From positions 640,001 to 704,000 of the forward strand of contig CAXXUA010000004.1 of NCBI GenBank assembly GCA_963663765.2: a DNA stretch of 64,000 nt. The letters run 5' to 3'. Positions within the stretch are counted from its first letter, which is position 1. Each line of letters starts with the position of its first letter. The position numbers and the translations under genes are program-made. The notes beneath the pieces are model-generated. The model had not been told where the DNA came from. It saw only the letters and a list, made by a program, of their open reading frames with translations, and did no database searches. Source of the stretch: Candidatus Poribacteria bacterium (GTDB lineage: Bacteria; Poribacteria; WGA-4E; WGA-3G). Of the stretch, positions 9,949 through 21,079 are shown piece by piece.

Positions 9949-10497
9949 TTATGTTTCTTGCACTTGAACTTCAGGATCTTCAATACTTGTTAACCTATAT
10001 CCTATTATAGCTCCGATAGGAATTGCTAATACATACAGTAATACAAGCGGTATACCGAGAATAGACCAAATACGGACAGGCAAAGACAACAGAAATGATA
10101 TTTTCTCTATCAAAGGAAGAATGATTTTTAGAAGAACGTTTGCGGGTAACTCTATATCCGACCAAGGAATATTTAGTAGTGCGACCAGTCCGACGATCGT
10201 AGGTGCTCCCAAAAATGCACCCGAACATACTGGTTTGAAAGGTATCTGATGCTTAAATTTTTGCCCAACAAACTGAATTCCTTTTGTCACACCGACTATT
10301 AAAATCCCATAAGAACAAGTAATTGAAATTAACAACAACAGACCAACCCAAAAACCGTGTGAAATCCTTTCATTAATTAGCAGTTGCCATAAGAATTTGT
10401 TAAATATAAGGAAATACACCAATCCTGCAGCAACAGCAATGACCACTCCCACAGCGATCTGAACAAGTGTCATTAGGACACTATTTCCTCGCGACAT
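9949..10497 (-). CDS. Hypothetical multi-pass membrane protein
   Basis: AGGAG RBS; four to five hydrophobic segments. Confidence 0.75.
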   Translation of the reverse strand: MSRGNSVLMTLVQIAVGVVIAVAAGLVYFLIFNKFLWQLLINERISHGFWVGLLLLISITCSYGILIVGVTKGIQFVGQKFKHQIPFKPVCSGAFLGAPTIVGLVALLNIPWSDIELPANVLLKIILPLIEKISFLLSLPVRIWSILGIPLVLLYVLAIPIGAIIGYRLTSIEDPEVQVQET

Positions 10498-10663
10498 TTC
10501 AACTCCTGTTAAACAAAATTCGTCTGTTTTAAGTATATCATGATGTCATATAATTGTCAAGATTTTAATATTGTTGATCAGGATTATTCAGTTTTAAGAA
10601 TTCTTTGTTGATGAATTTTACTTAATGTATACATCGTAGGTCGGGTAGAACGTGAGCGAAACC

Positions 10664-11783
10664 CATAGGTGTCAACTTAAGAAGAAAGTCAAGTGCTAAA
10701 TACCCCATCTCGGTAGGCGTGTTTTGTAAGTGCGCCGATAAACCCAGGATTGCCAACGGCGCGCTTACAAAGCACGCCTGCGGGGGAGTGCAGTTGAGGG
10801 GCGCGCTTACAAAGCACGCCTGCAGGGGAGTGCGGGTGAGTGCGGGGCGCGCTTACAAAGCACGCCTGCAAGGGAGTGCAGTTGAGGGGCGCGCTTACAA
10901 AGCACGCCTGCAGGGGAGCGCGGGTGAGTGCGGGGCGCGCTTACAAAGCACGCCTGCAGGGGAGGTGCGGGGTGAGTGCGGGGCGCGCTTACAAAGCACG
11001 CCTGCAGGGGAGGTGCGGGGTGAGTGCGGGGCGCGCTTACAAAGCACGCCTGCAGGGGAGTGCGGGGTGAGGTGCGGGGCGCGCTTACAAAGCACGCCTG
11101 CAGGGGAGTGCGGGGTGAGGTGCGGGGCGCGCTTACAAAGCACGCCTGCAGGGCAGTGCGGGTGAGTGCGGGGCGCGCTTACAAAGCACGCCTGCAAGGG
11201 AGTGCAATTGAGGGGCGCGCTTACAAAGCACGCCTGCAGGGGAGCGCGGGTGAGTGCGGGGCGCGCTTACAAAGCACGCCTGCAGGGGAGTGCGGGTGAG
11301 TGCGGGGCGCGCTTACAAAGCACGCCTGCAGGGGAGTGCGGGTGAGTGCGGGGCGCGCTTACAAAGCACGCCTGCAGGGGAGTGCGGGGTGAGTGCGGGG
11401 CGCGCTTACAAAGCACGCCTGCAGGGGAGGTGCGGGGTGAGTGCGGGGCGCGCTTACAAAGCACGCCTGCAGGGGAGGTGCGGGGTGAGTGCGGGGCGCG
11501 CTTACAAAGCACGCCTGCAGGGGAGCGCGGGTGAGTGCGGGGCGCGCTTACAAAGCACGCCTGCAGGGGAGCGCGGGTGAGTGCGGGGCGCGCTTACAAA
11601 GCACGCCTGCAGGGGAGTGCGGGTGAGTGCGGGGCGCGCTTACAAAGCACGCCTGCAGGGGAGTGCGGGTGAGTGCGGGTGAGTGCGGGGCGCGCTTACA
11701 AAGCACGCCTACCTTGAGTGAGAAAATCGTGATTACAAGGTTTCCCTCCTACAAGAATATGAATCGCTAAGTTGACACCTATG
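10664..11783. mobile_element. MITE family E (TIR CATAGGTGTCAACTTA, IS186/IS231-like ends) with approx. 20-bp target duplication
   Basis: Perfect 16-bp TIR; GGTAGAACGTGAGCGAAACC duplicated at 10644-10663 and 11784-11803. Confidence 0.85.
10712..11712 (+). repeat. REP doublet whose right arm is expanded to 21 tandem copies with G-rich linkers
   Basis: GGCGCGCTTACAAAGCACGCC x21, period 42-56 bp (mostly 46-48); one inverted copy GTAGGCGTGTTTTGTAAGTGCGCC at the left; only the last copy ends CTAC. Confidence 0.95.
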
Positions 11784-12035
11784 GGTAGAACGTGAGCGAA
11801 ACCCTACATTATAACCACAAACAATACATGTTAGGTTTTGCTCATGCTCTACCCCAACTATGCAATTAATTCACGAATACTAATAATATCTTCCAAAAAA
11901 CGAAAACAAAATAATCCTATAAAATTTATTTGCATGGTTTGCGAATTTTGTGATAGTATAATAAGCATGTCAACAAGGATTTTATGATTTGCGTTATACA
12001 TAGATGAAATACATAATATCCTATAGGAGAAAAAA

Positions 12036-12869
12036 ATGTTGAAAAAAATAGTTAAGGTCTTTGTGCCTTTTTTTTGTGTAATCTTTGTTGTAACGCAAAT
12101 TGGTTGTTATATAGACTCAGACGATGATAGGGACGGTGTAAATGTTGATGTTGATGTTGATCCACCCGCAATACCACGAGGAGTCAGAACTATAACAGGG
12201 GATGAGTATGTAATAATTGAGTGGTACCCAAATGGGGAAAACGATTTAGAAGGTTACAAAGTTTGGCGTGGAGAAGATGATATTAACTTTGACCTGATAG
12301 CTGATATCCTTTCCAGTGGATCAGAGGACAATGCGCGGGAACAGTATACTGATACAGATGTGCGAAATGGTAGTACCTATTTCTATGCGGTTACTGCTTA
12401 TGACATAAATGGTAACGAGAGCAAATTGAGTCCGGAAGAAGCGTGGGATACACCGCGACCTGAAGGGAAAAACATTACATTAGACGATTTTAACCTTGAA
12501 CCTGATCGAAGCGGTTTTGATTTTTCAAATGCCTTCAGAGGTGCGATTGCATGGAATGATAGAGAAACAGATGTCTATTTTGGATTAGAGTTAGAGACAA
12601 ATATCACCTATCTTTATTCTGACAATCAAACAGGGATGCAAGATTTGGGGTATCATGAATATTTTGATGATATTGATACTGTCCCGGAATTTGGTTATGT
12701 CACTTCGTTTGTTGAACTAGTGGAAGGACATGTTTACGCCTTTTATACTCCTGATGGGAATTTTGCAAAAATTCATGTGCGTGTATTAAATGATGAAAGT
12801 GTTGAATTTGATTGGGCATATCAAACTGAAGTAGAGAATATTCAATTAGCACCAGCACAATCTGAATAA
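12036..12869 (+). CDS. Lipoprotein with fibronectin type III-like domain
   Basis: Lipobox 'QIGC'; 'PPAIPRG...EW...DLEGYKVWR...YTD...YFYAVTAYDINGNES' FN3 pattern. Confidence 0.85.
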   Translation: MLKKIVKVFVPFFCVIFVVTQIGCYIDSDDDRDGVNVDVDVDPPAIPRGVRTITGDEYVIIEWYPNGENDLEGYKVWRGEDDINFDLIADILSSGSEDNAREQYTDTDVRNGSTYFYAVTAYDINGNESKLSPEEAWDTPRPEGKNITLDDFNLEPDRSGFDFSNAFRGAIAWNDRETDVYFGLELETNITYLYSDNQTGMQDLGYHEYFDDIDTVPEFGYVTSFVELVEGHVYAFYTPDGNFAKIHVRVLNDESVEFDWAYQTEVENIQLAPAQSE

Positions 12870-12909
12870 GAAAACACATGTGAATAAAGTTCAATATTAG
12901 ATCATATAT

Positions 12910-13445
12910 CAATACCTTCGCCATCTTTGAGTGCTTCAGTTGAATGAGTATATAGTGTTGATCTACCATTGCTCTGTGATATTGTTAGGATTACATAAAT
13001 AAAAATAACTTCAGGTTTTCGTTGAAGTATTTTTAATTATCATAGCGTCTAATTTGACGATAGAATCTGACAGAATAATTTATATGCACAATCTGGAAGA
13101 ATGTGCTACAACTACACGCACAATCTGGAAGAATGTGCTACAACTACACGCACAATCTGGAAGAATGTGCTACAACTACACGCACAATCTGGAAGAATGT
13201 GCTACAACTACACGCACAATCTGGAAGAATGTGCTACAACTACACGCACAATCTGGAAGAATGTGCTACAACTACACGCACAATCTGGAAGAATGTGCTA
13301 CAACTACACGCACAATCTGGAAGAATGTGCTACAACTACACGCACAATCTGGAAGAATGTGCTACAACTACACGCACAATCTGGAAGAATGTGCTACAAC
13401 TACACGCACAATCTGACAGAATGTCTATTATTGGCGAAGGTATTG
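12910..13445. mobile_element. MITE family C, copy 2 (6-bp TSD ATATAT)
   Basis: CAATACCTTCGCCA...TGGCGAAGGTATTG with ATATAT on both sides; paralogue of 3695-4548. Confidence 0.88.
13086..13430 (+). repeat. Tandem 32-bp REP-like hairpin array (approx. 11 units)
   Basis: GCACAATCTGGAAGAATGTGCTACAACTACAC x10 identical plus one terminal variant. Confidence 0.95.
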
Positions 13446-13579
13446 ATATATAGAAAATATTTCAAAAGGAACAGCTTTGTTAGTATTCGTTTGTAGTAAT
13501 TTCTGCGATAGGTTTGTTCACATTGCAGTCTGTAGAACAATCTTTTGAGAATGCTATTTCATAACTCTTAGGAGAGAAT

Positions 13580-14191
13580 GTGTACAAATATAAATACATA
13601 CTTCTTTTGTTATTCACGTGTTTGTTTCTAATCACCAATCCGATGGATATATACTCAGAAGAGGAATCCTCTGACAGAAAACCGATTTCAAGACAGCAGA
13701 TAATAAGTACACAAGCAGATACATTAATAGAACCGGTGTATCCTCTATATCGTGAACATTCTTTACAATACTATCCCACTCGTAGCTCCCGGAAAGCAAA
13801 ATTGTTATCAGCAACAATGCCCGGATTAGGGCAAGCTTATGCAGATAATTATATTAAAGCTACACTTTTTCTTGCTACCGAGATAACTATATTTTCTTAT
13901 GCGGGTTATCACTTTGCACGTGCAATACATTATAGAAATCATAACACTTTCGGAACAGGATTTTATGATGAAAGGTCTGGTAATTTCTTAACCAAAGATC
14001 AAGTCAGTTCAAGAAGTGCAGATCACAACATCCGAGGCGTGCTTTTTCTCATAACTGGTATCGGAGTCCATGTGTGGAATATCCTTGATGCTTCAAAATC
14101 GGTTGATGCTTATAATAATCGAAGAATCTCCGTGCAAATGCAACATAATAAGTATGGTAGACATACATTCATTTTTACACATAGTTTTTAA
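13580..14191 (+). CDS. DUF5683-like exported/membrane protein
   Basis: Signal peptide; 'LLSATMPGLGQAY' and 'WNILDA' motifs. Confidence 0.7.
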   Translation: MYKYKYILLLLFTCLFLITNPMDIYSEEESSDRKPISRQQIISTQADTLIEPVYPLYREHSLQYYPTRSSRKAKLLSATMPGLGQAYADNYIKATLFLATEITIFSYAGYHFARAIHYRNHNTFGTGFYDERSGNFLTKDQVSSRSADHNIRGVLFLITGIGVHVWNILDASKSVDAYNNRRISVQMQHNKYGRHTFIFTHSF

Positions 14192-14314
14192 TTTTAATGT
14201 TGTTTGATGTATTGTATTTCAAGGACGGAACCATTCTTTTATATTGTTGAGATTATAGTGTGTTAATGTTTGTTATTTATTTCCGTATGTGCGTATTAAT
14301 TTCATACATAGTAA

Positions 14315-15199
14315 ATGATCCGAGAGGAGATTTTTCTTTGGAGTGGTATAGTGAAATATCTGAAGTACCTATTACTCGTTGTATTATTTTTCGGAATAAG
14401 TTTACCACTCTCAGAGATTGTAGCTGAGGAAGTTCAACCAAAAAGCAGTTCTGTACAGAAACGGACAAATATTGAGATTGCACTTGCTGATGTAGAAAAT
14501 ATATCAAAACAACCCCTCCGTGTTGGAGAAAAGTTAACTTACAATATTAAGGTGTCCTGGGTTCCTGTTTCAGCAGGAAAACGCGTTGACATGATAGAAA
14601 AGATATTACCAATTGAGAGGCAAAACGTTTACCATATCACTTCAGAAGCAAAAACAGGTAGAGTTGCTTCCAGAATACACCGCTTTCAGAACCGTCAATC
14701 GACTTTCTTGAATGTCAAAGAATTTATTCCTGTGAGTTTCAGAAACCAACTCCAGGACAAAAAATACAGAGCGCGTGTTGAAGTTAAGTTCAAAGATGAT
14801 AAGGCAGAATATGAAAAAATATCGCAGAACAATCCGAATGAACCAGAGAAACGTGAGAAAAAGGAAATAAAAATTCCTTTTGGGACACAAGATGAGTTGT
14901 CAATGGTGTACTTTATAAGATGTAAAAAACTGGAGATTGGAAAAACCTATTTCTTTCCCCTTATTGTCAAAGCAAAAGTAATAAAAGTAACCATAAGAGT
15001 GCATCGCGGTGAGGTATTAAAAGTGAAGGGATTAGGAAGAGTGCGAACTATTGTGGTGCAGACCTCACACGGTTATCGTCTTTGGTTGACCGATGATGCG
15101 AGACACATTCCCGTTAGAATTGAAGCGGAAGCAAAAATCGGTAAAATGAAAGCCAACCTTGAAAAAATAGAATTTGTTGGACAAGTAGCACGTCGGTAG
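14315..15199 (+). CDS. DUF3108 domain protein (start may be GTG at 14351)
   Basis: 'GEKLTYNI', 'TQDELSMVYFIR', 'LWLTDDARHIPVRI' motifs. Confidence 0.75.
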   Translation: MIREEIFLWSGIVKYLKYLLLVVLFFGISLPLSEIVAEEVQPKSSSVQKRTNIEIALADVENISKQPLRVGEKLTYNIKVSWVPVSAGKRVDMIEKILPIERQNVYHITSEAKTGRVASRIHRFQNRQSTFLNVKEFIPVSFRNQLQDKKYRARVEVKFKDDKAEYEKISQNNPNEPEKREKKEIKIPFGTQDELSMVYFIRCKKLEIGKTYFFPLIVKAKVIKVTIRVHRGEVLKVKGLGRVRTIVVQTSHGYRLWLTDDARHIPVRIEAEAKIGKMKANLEKIEFVGQVARR

Positions 15200-15256
15200 T
15201 TGTATTACAGCAATGAATTATTTCAATTATACTACCGAACGACAAGGAATAGGTAC

Positions 15257-18200
15257 GTGTTAGATTATTTGCGAAAAACTGAATACTACCAAGATTTTGT
15301 TGAATTCATTAGGTCCGGAGAAAAACCCCCATCAATCCGGGGGTTAAGGAACGCCTCTACATCCTATTTCATAACAACCCTAATTAGAGATTTTCCAAAT
15401 AAGTCCTTCCTTGTCGTATTCCCCTCACATCGTGAAGCGGAACGAGCATTAGAAGAGGTACGAGCGTTTCACACACACAACGATGAACTCAACAGTGGTA
15501 AAAATACAATTCCAGATGACATTTTACATCTCTTTCCAGCATGGCAAAACACCTTGTTTGATGGAATTTCTCCAACGACACACATATCTGTAGGACGCAT
15601 GCACACTTTACACAGTCTAATCACAAATAGCAGAAGACAGACCTGTTTAGATTCCGCAGAGTCTTCGTCCCAAGACGTAGTTTTTACAACTGTTCGTGCT
15701 TTGTCCTACAAACTCACCCCGTTTGATACTCTCTCTTCCGCATGTCGTACATACAAGATTGGGGATGAAGTAGAGTACGACGATTTTATAGGATTTCTGC
15801 TGCGAAGTGGTTATAGAGAGACTGAATTGGTTGAAGTAAAAGGAGAATTCGCACATAGGGGTGATATTATAGATATATATCCACTAATTGCAGATGCTCC
15901 TGTAAGACTTGACTTTTTTGGTGATGAGCTTGATGAAATACGTGTTTTCGACCCGACTTCGCAAGTATCAGCATCAAAGACGATCTCTATAGACATTACA
16001 CCGATGTCAGAGGTTTGTCTTGCGGACATCTCATTTTCTCATTGGAAATCACGAACCGAACGACTGATGAAAAAACCTGGAAATTCCGCAGATTTAATAA
16101 ATACTGTTAGAGAAATAACAGTACGTTTAGAAAACTATCTTGCAGAAGCACAGTCCGGTAGTCGGTTTACAAAAGATGAAATTGATGGAATTGAATTATT
16201 TCTACCGATGTTATATCCGCATCCTGAAATGCTAACTGATTATTTACCAGATGAAACGATTGTCATCAATGTCGAACCCCATTGGCAAAATCGGGAAGTA
16301 GTACAGATGCGCGAACAACTACAAGATATATTTGATCAGAAAATCACTGAAGGGAAGTTAATACCAACGTTGGATGACCTATTGGTTGCAGATGAGGTGT
16401 TACAGTTGAGATTGGATAATTTTACACATATCTCCGTTACATTAGCAGCACCAGCGATTGATCCTGATATTCCAAATAATCTGTCAAATGATACCCATGA
16501 TAATGAAACCTTTGAATGTCATTTTGACATCAAACCACTTGGTCTGGGTAAAGGTAATTATCAGATGGTTATTGATCATATCAATAAATGGACAATGAAA
16601 CAGTACCTTGTGAATGTTTTTTGCGAGACTCCCCAACAAGCAAAACGTGTATTAGAAATGTTAATAGAGCGCGATCTACCACCTGAATATATTTCAGTTT
16701 CTGCCGGTTTTATCTCTGAAGGATTTCTAAGCGAGTCATTAAAACTCGTGATTATCTCAGAAAACGAGATTTTTGGTAATCGTCAGCGGCGCGTAGTATC
16801 TCGAAAACGTTACAATAGTGGAGCACCAATCCTCAGTCTGATTGACATGAAGGTGGGTGATCATGTTGTCCACGTTTCACACGGTATTGCAATCTATGAA
16901 GGCATTCGTCGTATGGATATAGATGGACAAGCTCAGGATTTTCTTATTCTCAAGTATAAGGAAGATGATAGGCTTTATGTTCCAACCTATCAGGTTGATC
17001 TTGTGCAAAAGTATGTTGGTAACAAAGATGAGTCATACGAACCGAGGATCGACTATCTTGGTGGGAAATCATGGCAAAACAGAAAACGTCGAGCGAAAGC
17101 TGCTGTAGAAGAGATGGCTGAGGAATTGTTAGAATTATATGCATCACGTCAAGCGAACGAAGGTTTTAGTTTTCCAAAAGAGGTGCCTTGGGAAAGTGAA
17201 TTTGAAGCACTCTTTCCGTTCACTGAAACGGATGACCAACTTCAAGCGATTGAAGATGTGAAAACAGATATGGAAACGGACAAACCGATGGATCGTCTTG
17301 TCTGTGGCGATGTCGGTTATGGTAAAACAGAGGTTGCATTACGAGCTGCGTTCAAAGCGGTCATGACAGAAAAACAGGTCGCACTCCTCGTTCCAACAAC
17401 TATCCTGGCTTTGCAACATTATGATACTTTTGAAAAACGGTTCAAACAGTTTCCACTTAATGTTGAGATGTTAAACCGCTTCCGTAGTCAAAAAGAGATA
17501 AAATCTGTAAAAGAACGACTCGCTGATGGCACCGTAGATATTGTCATAGGTACTCACACACTGCTATCAGATACCGTTACATTTAACAATCTCGGCCTAT
17601 TGATTGTAGATGAAGAACACCGTTTTGGTGTAAAACATAAAGAGAAAATCAAGCAGTTTAAAGAAACAGTTGATGTATTAACGTTAACTGCTACACCAAT
17701 TCCACGTACATTACACATGTCGCTTGTTGGGATAAGAGATTTCAGCATTATCAACACACCCCCAGCAAATAGACTACCGATTCAGACTTATGTGATGCCG
17801 TATAATACCAAAGTCATCAAGGATGCAATCATTAAAGAGATGTCACGTGATGGTCAAGCCTTCTTCGTTCACAACCGTGTGCAGAATATTTCTATGATAG
17901 CGAAAACCATTCAAGAACTTGTTCCTAATGCGCGCGTAGCGATTGCTCACGGTCAGATGCCTGAACGAGAATTAGAAAACGTTATGTTAGAGTTTGTCCG
18001 CCATAAACATGATATTTTGGTCTGTACAATGATTATTGAATCGGGGTTAGACATTCCAAATGTCAATACCATCATGATAAACCGTGCAGATGCCTTCGGT
18101 TTAGCACAATTGTATCAACTTAGGGGTCGCGTGGGTCGTGCAGATGAACAAGCGTATGGTTATCTATTCTATCCACAAGACAAACCAATTACCGAACGTG

Positions 18201-18850
18201 CGCAGAAACGTTTAAGAGTAATTGAAGAATTTACTGATCTTGGATCAGGATTCAAAATTGCACTAAGAGATTTAGAAATTCGAGGAGCTGGAAATATCCT
18301 CGGTTCACAGCAGCATGGACACATTACAAATGTTGGGTACGAACTCTACTGCAAATTGTTAGATGATGCTGTCCGAAAGTTAAAAGGGGAAAAAGTTGAA
18401 GAAGAAATTGAAACAAATATCAATTTACCAATTGAGGCTTTTTTACCTGATGACTATATCCCTGATAGTCGTCAGAAAATATCTATATATAAGAAAATAT
18501 CAGCACTAAAAACAGAAAAAGAAAAACAAACACTTACCAATGAACTGAAAGACCGATATGGTGATATACCTGCCCCAGTTGAGATGCTTCTGGAAATTGC
18601 ATCTATTAAGCAGTTATGTCAAAAACTTGGAATCACTGCAATTGTTGCAGGGGGCAGTAGGATCAAAGTAACATTTGATGAACACAAACCACGTATTGAT
18701 GTGGCTCAATTTATTGAGACAATCCACCAAAATCCGCAGCTTGAATTACGTCCTCCAGCACAACTTCTGGTGAGTGTAGATACCCTAAAAGGCAAGATGC
18801 TATTAACTGAATTACAACGAATTCTATCGATTTTTGTTGTATCTGATTGA
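15257..18850 (+). CDS. mfd: Transcription-repair coupling factor (ORF open from 15200; GTG at 15257 likely start)
   Basis: '[14 protein letters not shown]', CarD-like '[11 protein letters not shown]', '[12 protein letters not shown]', 'DEEHRFG', 'QLRGRVGR', 'DLEIRGAGN'. Confidence 0.97.
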   Translation: MLDYLRKTEYYQDFVEFIRSGEKPPSIRGLRNASTSYFITTLIRDFPNKSFLVVFPSHREAERALEEVRAFHTHNDELNSGKNTIPDDILHLFPAWQNTLFDGISPTTHISVGRMHTLHSLITNSRRQTCLDSAESSSQDVVFTTVRALSYKLTPFDTLSSACRTYKIGDEVEYDDFIGFLLRSGYRETELVEVKGEFAHRGDIIDIYPLIADAPVRLDFFGDELDEIRVFDPTSQVSASKTISIDITPMSEVCLADISFSHWKSRTERLMKKPGNSADLINTVREITVRLENYLAEAQSGSRFTKDEIDGIELFLPMLYPHPEMLTDYLPDETIVINVEPHWQNREVVQMREQLQDIFDQKITEGKLIPTLDDLLVADEVLQLRLDNFTHISVTLAAPAIDPDIPNNLSNDTHDNETFECHFDIKPLGLGKGNYQMVIDHINKWTMKQYLVNVFCETPQQAKRVLEMLIERDLPPEYISVSAGFISEGFLSESLKLVIISENEIFGNRQRRVVSRKRYNSGAPILSLIDMKVGDHVVHVSHGIAIYEGIRRMDIDGQAQDFLILKYKEDDRLYVPTYQVDLVQKYVGNKDESYEPRIDYLGGKSWQNRKRRAKAAVEEMAEELLELYASRQANEGFSFPKEVPWESEFEALFPFTETDDQLQAIEDVKTDMETDKPMDRLVCGDVGYGKTEVALRAAFKAVMTEKQVALLVPTTILALQHYDTFEKRFKQFPLNVEMLNRFRSQKEIKSVKERLADGTVDIVIGTHTLLSDTVTFNNLGLLIVDEEHRFGVKHKEKIKQFKETVDVLTLTATPIPRTLHMSLVGIRDFSIINTPPANRLPIQTYVMPYNTKVIKDAIIKEMSRDGQAFFVHNRVQNISMIAKTIQELVPNARVAIAHGQMPERELENVMLEFVRHKHDILVCTMIIESGLDIPNVNTIMINRADAFGLAQLYQLRGRVGRADEQAYGYLFYPQDKPITERAQKRLRVIEEFTDLGSGFKIALRDLEIRGAGNILGSQQHGHITNVGYELYCKLLDDAVRKLKGEKVEEEIETNINLPIEAFLPDDYIPDSRQKISIYKKISALKTEKEKQTLTNELKDRYGDIPAPVEMLLEIASIKQLCQKLGITAIVAGGSRIKVTFDEHKPRIDVAQFIETIHQNPQLELRPPAQLLVSVDTLKGKMLLTELQRILSIFVVSD

Positions 18851-18909
18851 TTATTATTACGGTTTAGATATTACATCAAACCGCTACATAAAATAAGGAG
18901 AATTTCGAA

Positions 18910-19884
18910 GTGAAAAAAACATTTATAGTCGTTGTTGCAGTTTTTGTAAGCTGCCTTCTCACTTGGTCTCTTGTGCGTTCCGATAATCATGAACCTTCCG
19001 TAGATGAGTCTGAGAAGAGTGATATTATTATTGCAGAGATGAAGTGGAACGGAGAATTGCACCAGATATCTCTTGCAGAACTGGATGCTGCAATTGCTGA
19101 ATTACCAACCTACCGCCAGCGAAACTATGCGAGTAAAGCAGGGAAAGCAGAATACTTAGAAATCTATATAGATGAAAAGTTAAAAATACTGCAGGCAAAA
19201 GAAGCAGGTTTTGATAAATTGCTGGAACATTTGAAAAGATTGGAAGAATATACACATCAACTTATGATAGAAAGGCTCACCGAAATGGAAGTTGATGAGA
19301 AGGTCACGTATACCGAAAAAGATCTGATGGCATACTATGAAGGACACAAGCAAGATTATATAGAAGCTGCCCAAGTTCGTGCAACTTGTATTACACTTGA
19401 AGATGAAGACCTTGCTAATGCAACCTTAGACCAAATAACTGAAGGAAAAGACATTGTAGAGTTAGCAAAAAAACTATCTGAGGAAGAAAAATTAGCCAAT
19501 GGGCCTGGCAGTGGTCAAGATGATCCGGGTAATACTTTCTTTTTCAACAAAAACGCATCTCCGACATGGTCGGAGTTCATAGATGCTGTATTTGAGATGG
19601 AAATTGGAGAAACAACAGAAACTGTCTTTGAAACCGATGTGCAAGAAACGACATATTATCTGATTTTCCGTAAAGAGGAAGCGAAGCCTGAACGACAGAA
19701 AGAATTTGAAGAAGCTAAATCTGATGTTGAACGTAAAGTTAAACGTGCAACGAAACGAGCGCGTATACTTGAATGGATAGATGAAATTACAAAACAAGCG
19801 AAACTGAAAACTTATCCTGAGAATATTCCAATTCCTGTTCAGCCAGAGACTGCTGATGAAGATGCCGGGAATCCAGATAAATAA
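18910..19884 (+). CDS. PrsA/parvulin-type peptidyl-prolyl isomerase (foldase) 1
   Basis: Signal/anchor, SurA-like helical N-domain, degenerate rotamase domain; paralogue of the next gene. Confidence 0.8.
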   Translation: MKKTFIVVVAVFVSCLLTWSLVRSDNHEPSVDESEKSDIIIAEMKWNGELHQISLAELDAAIAELPTYRQRNYASKAGKAEYLEIYIDEKLKILQAKEAGFDKLLEHLKRLEEYTHQLMIERLTEMEVDEKVTYTEKDLMAYYEGHKQDYIEAAQVRATCITLEDEDLANATLDQITEGKDIVELAKKLSEEEKLANGPGSGQDDPGNTFFFNKNASPTWSEFIDAVFEMEIGETTETVFETDVQETTYYLIFRKEEAKPERQKEFEEAKSDVERKVKRATKRARILEWIDEITKQAKLKTYPENIPIPVQPETADEDAGNPDK

Positions 19885-19918
19885 CGTTACACTTTATACT
19901 ACTTAGGAGGTTAACTCA

Positions 19919-20893
19919 ATGTTGAAATATAGTATTATTCCAATCTTATTATTATTTGCGATACTCGCTACGCTGCCTTTCATATCAAGTTGTGCTGATA
20001 AGGCTATCAGTGCTGAAGGGACAGTCATTGCTGAATTTGAATGGGATGGAAAACAACGAATCACACTTGAAGAGATGATGCAAGAAATAAGCGAACTTCC
20101 AGACTATAAACAGCGACTGTATCAAGACCAGAAAGGTCTTGAAGAATACATGACGTTGATGGCTGAAAGTCGTTTGATTCTTTGTCTTGCAAAAGACATG
20201 AAACTGAATGAAGATCCCGAAATACTGAAAAAAGTTCAAGATTACCTTCTGGACTTGATGGTTGATAGGATTACAGAACAGGAAGTTGATGCGAAATTAA
20301 TTTTGACAGATAAAGACTATCTTGAATATTATGAAGCAAATAAAGCCGATTATATTCGTCCCGCACAAGTGAAACTGATGTGTATTACACTTCAGGACAA
20401 AGCGCGTGCAGATGAGGTATTTGCTGAGCTAAAAGCAGGTAAGGATATTGCTGTTGCAGCTCAAGAACTTTCTGATAGAGGAGAATTGATTGGACCAGGT
20501 GCAAATCCTGAATCACCTGGGGACACAGATTATATCAGTAGAAATTCATATCCTCCAGGAACAGAACCTTTTATGGATGCAGCTTTCAAAGCAGAAAGAG
20601 ATGTACTTCATCCATCAGTCGTTGAGGTAGAGGTGCAAGAAGAAAAATTCTATATGATGTTCATTAAAAAGGAAGCAAGAGACGAATATCAACGACCCTT
20701 TATCGAAGAAGCTGTCAGAAAAAGCGTAATTAGAAAGGCTGAACGCGAAAAACGTGATGCACTAATGACGGCATGGCTTTTACAACTGCGGGAACGCGCT
20801 GAAGTAAAAACCTTCATAGACCGTATTCCAGAGGACAAAGCACCAGAAGAAGAAGCTGTAACTCCTACGGAACAAACTATACCTGAGAAATAA
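19919..20893 (+). CDS. PrsA/parvulin-type peptidyl-prolyl isomerase (foldase) 2, lipoprotein
   Basis: Lipobox 'ISSC'; alignable with 18910-19884 (IAExxW, ELPxYxQR, CITL, GPG). Confidence 0.8.
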   Translation: MLKYSIIPILLLFAILATLPFISSCADKAISAEGTVIAEFEWDGKQRITLEEMMQEISELPDYKQRLYQDQKGLEEYMTLMAESRLILCLAKDMKLNEDPEILKKVQDYLLDLMVDRITEQEVDAKLILTDKDYLEYYEANKADYIRPAQVKLMCITLQDKARADEVFAELKAGKDIAVAAQELSDRGELIGPGANPESPGDTDYISRNSYPPGTEPFMDAAFKAERDVLHPSVVEVEVQEEKFYMMFIKKEARDEYQRPFIEEAVRKSVIRKAEREKRDALMTAWLLQLRERAEVKTFIDRIPEDKAPEEEAVTPTEQTIPEK

Positions 20894-20920
20894 ACGTTCA
20901 GTGTATAAAATGAATTCCCT

Positions 20921-21016
20921 TAGTAGAATCTAAGATTAATTGGACAAAGATTACTTGTAGGAGTGAACTCCAATTCCCGATGTTTCCTATGTCTTGATTC
21001 GGAGTATCACTCCTAC
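20921..21016. repeat. Family A left end plus REP doublet
   Basis: TAGTAGAATCTAAGATTAATTGGACA followed by GTAGGAGTGAACTCC...GGAGTATCACTCCTAC. Confidence 0.55.
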
Positions 21017-21079
21017 ATGCAAAGCGATAAAATAGTAAAATTCACTATTATTAGACATTTCTAAGAGTGGAGGTGCCAC

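Larger units (their letters stand above)
10579..11919. mobile_element. Degenerate family-D-like outer shell enclosing a REP doublet and the family E element
   Basis: CAGGATTATTCAGTTTT at 10579 and AAAACAAAATAATCCTA at 11903-11919; no clear TSD. Confidence 0.45.

Noticed and set aside
10758-11712. CRISPR-like or guide-RNA array (constant 21-24-bp palindrome with intervening sequence)
   Set aside because: The intervening sequences are near-identical G-rich variants rather than unique spacers; the array lies inside a MITE with no cas or nuclease gene nearby.
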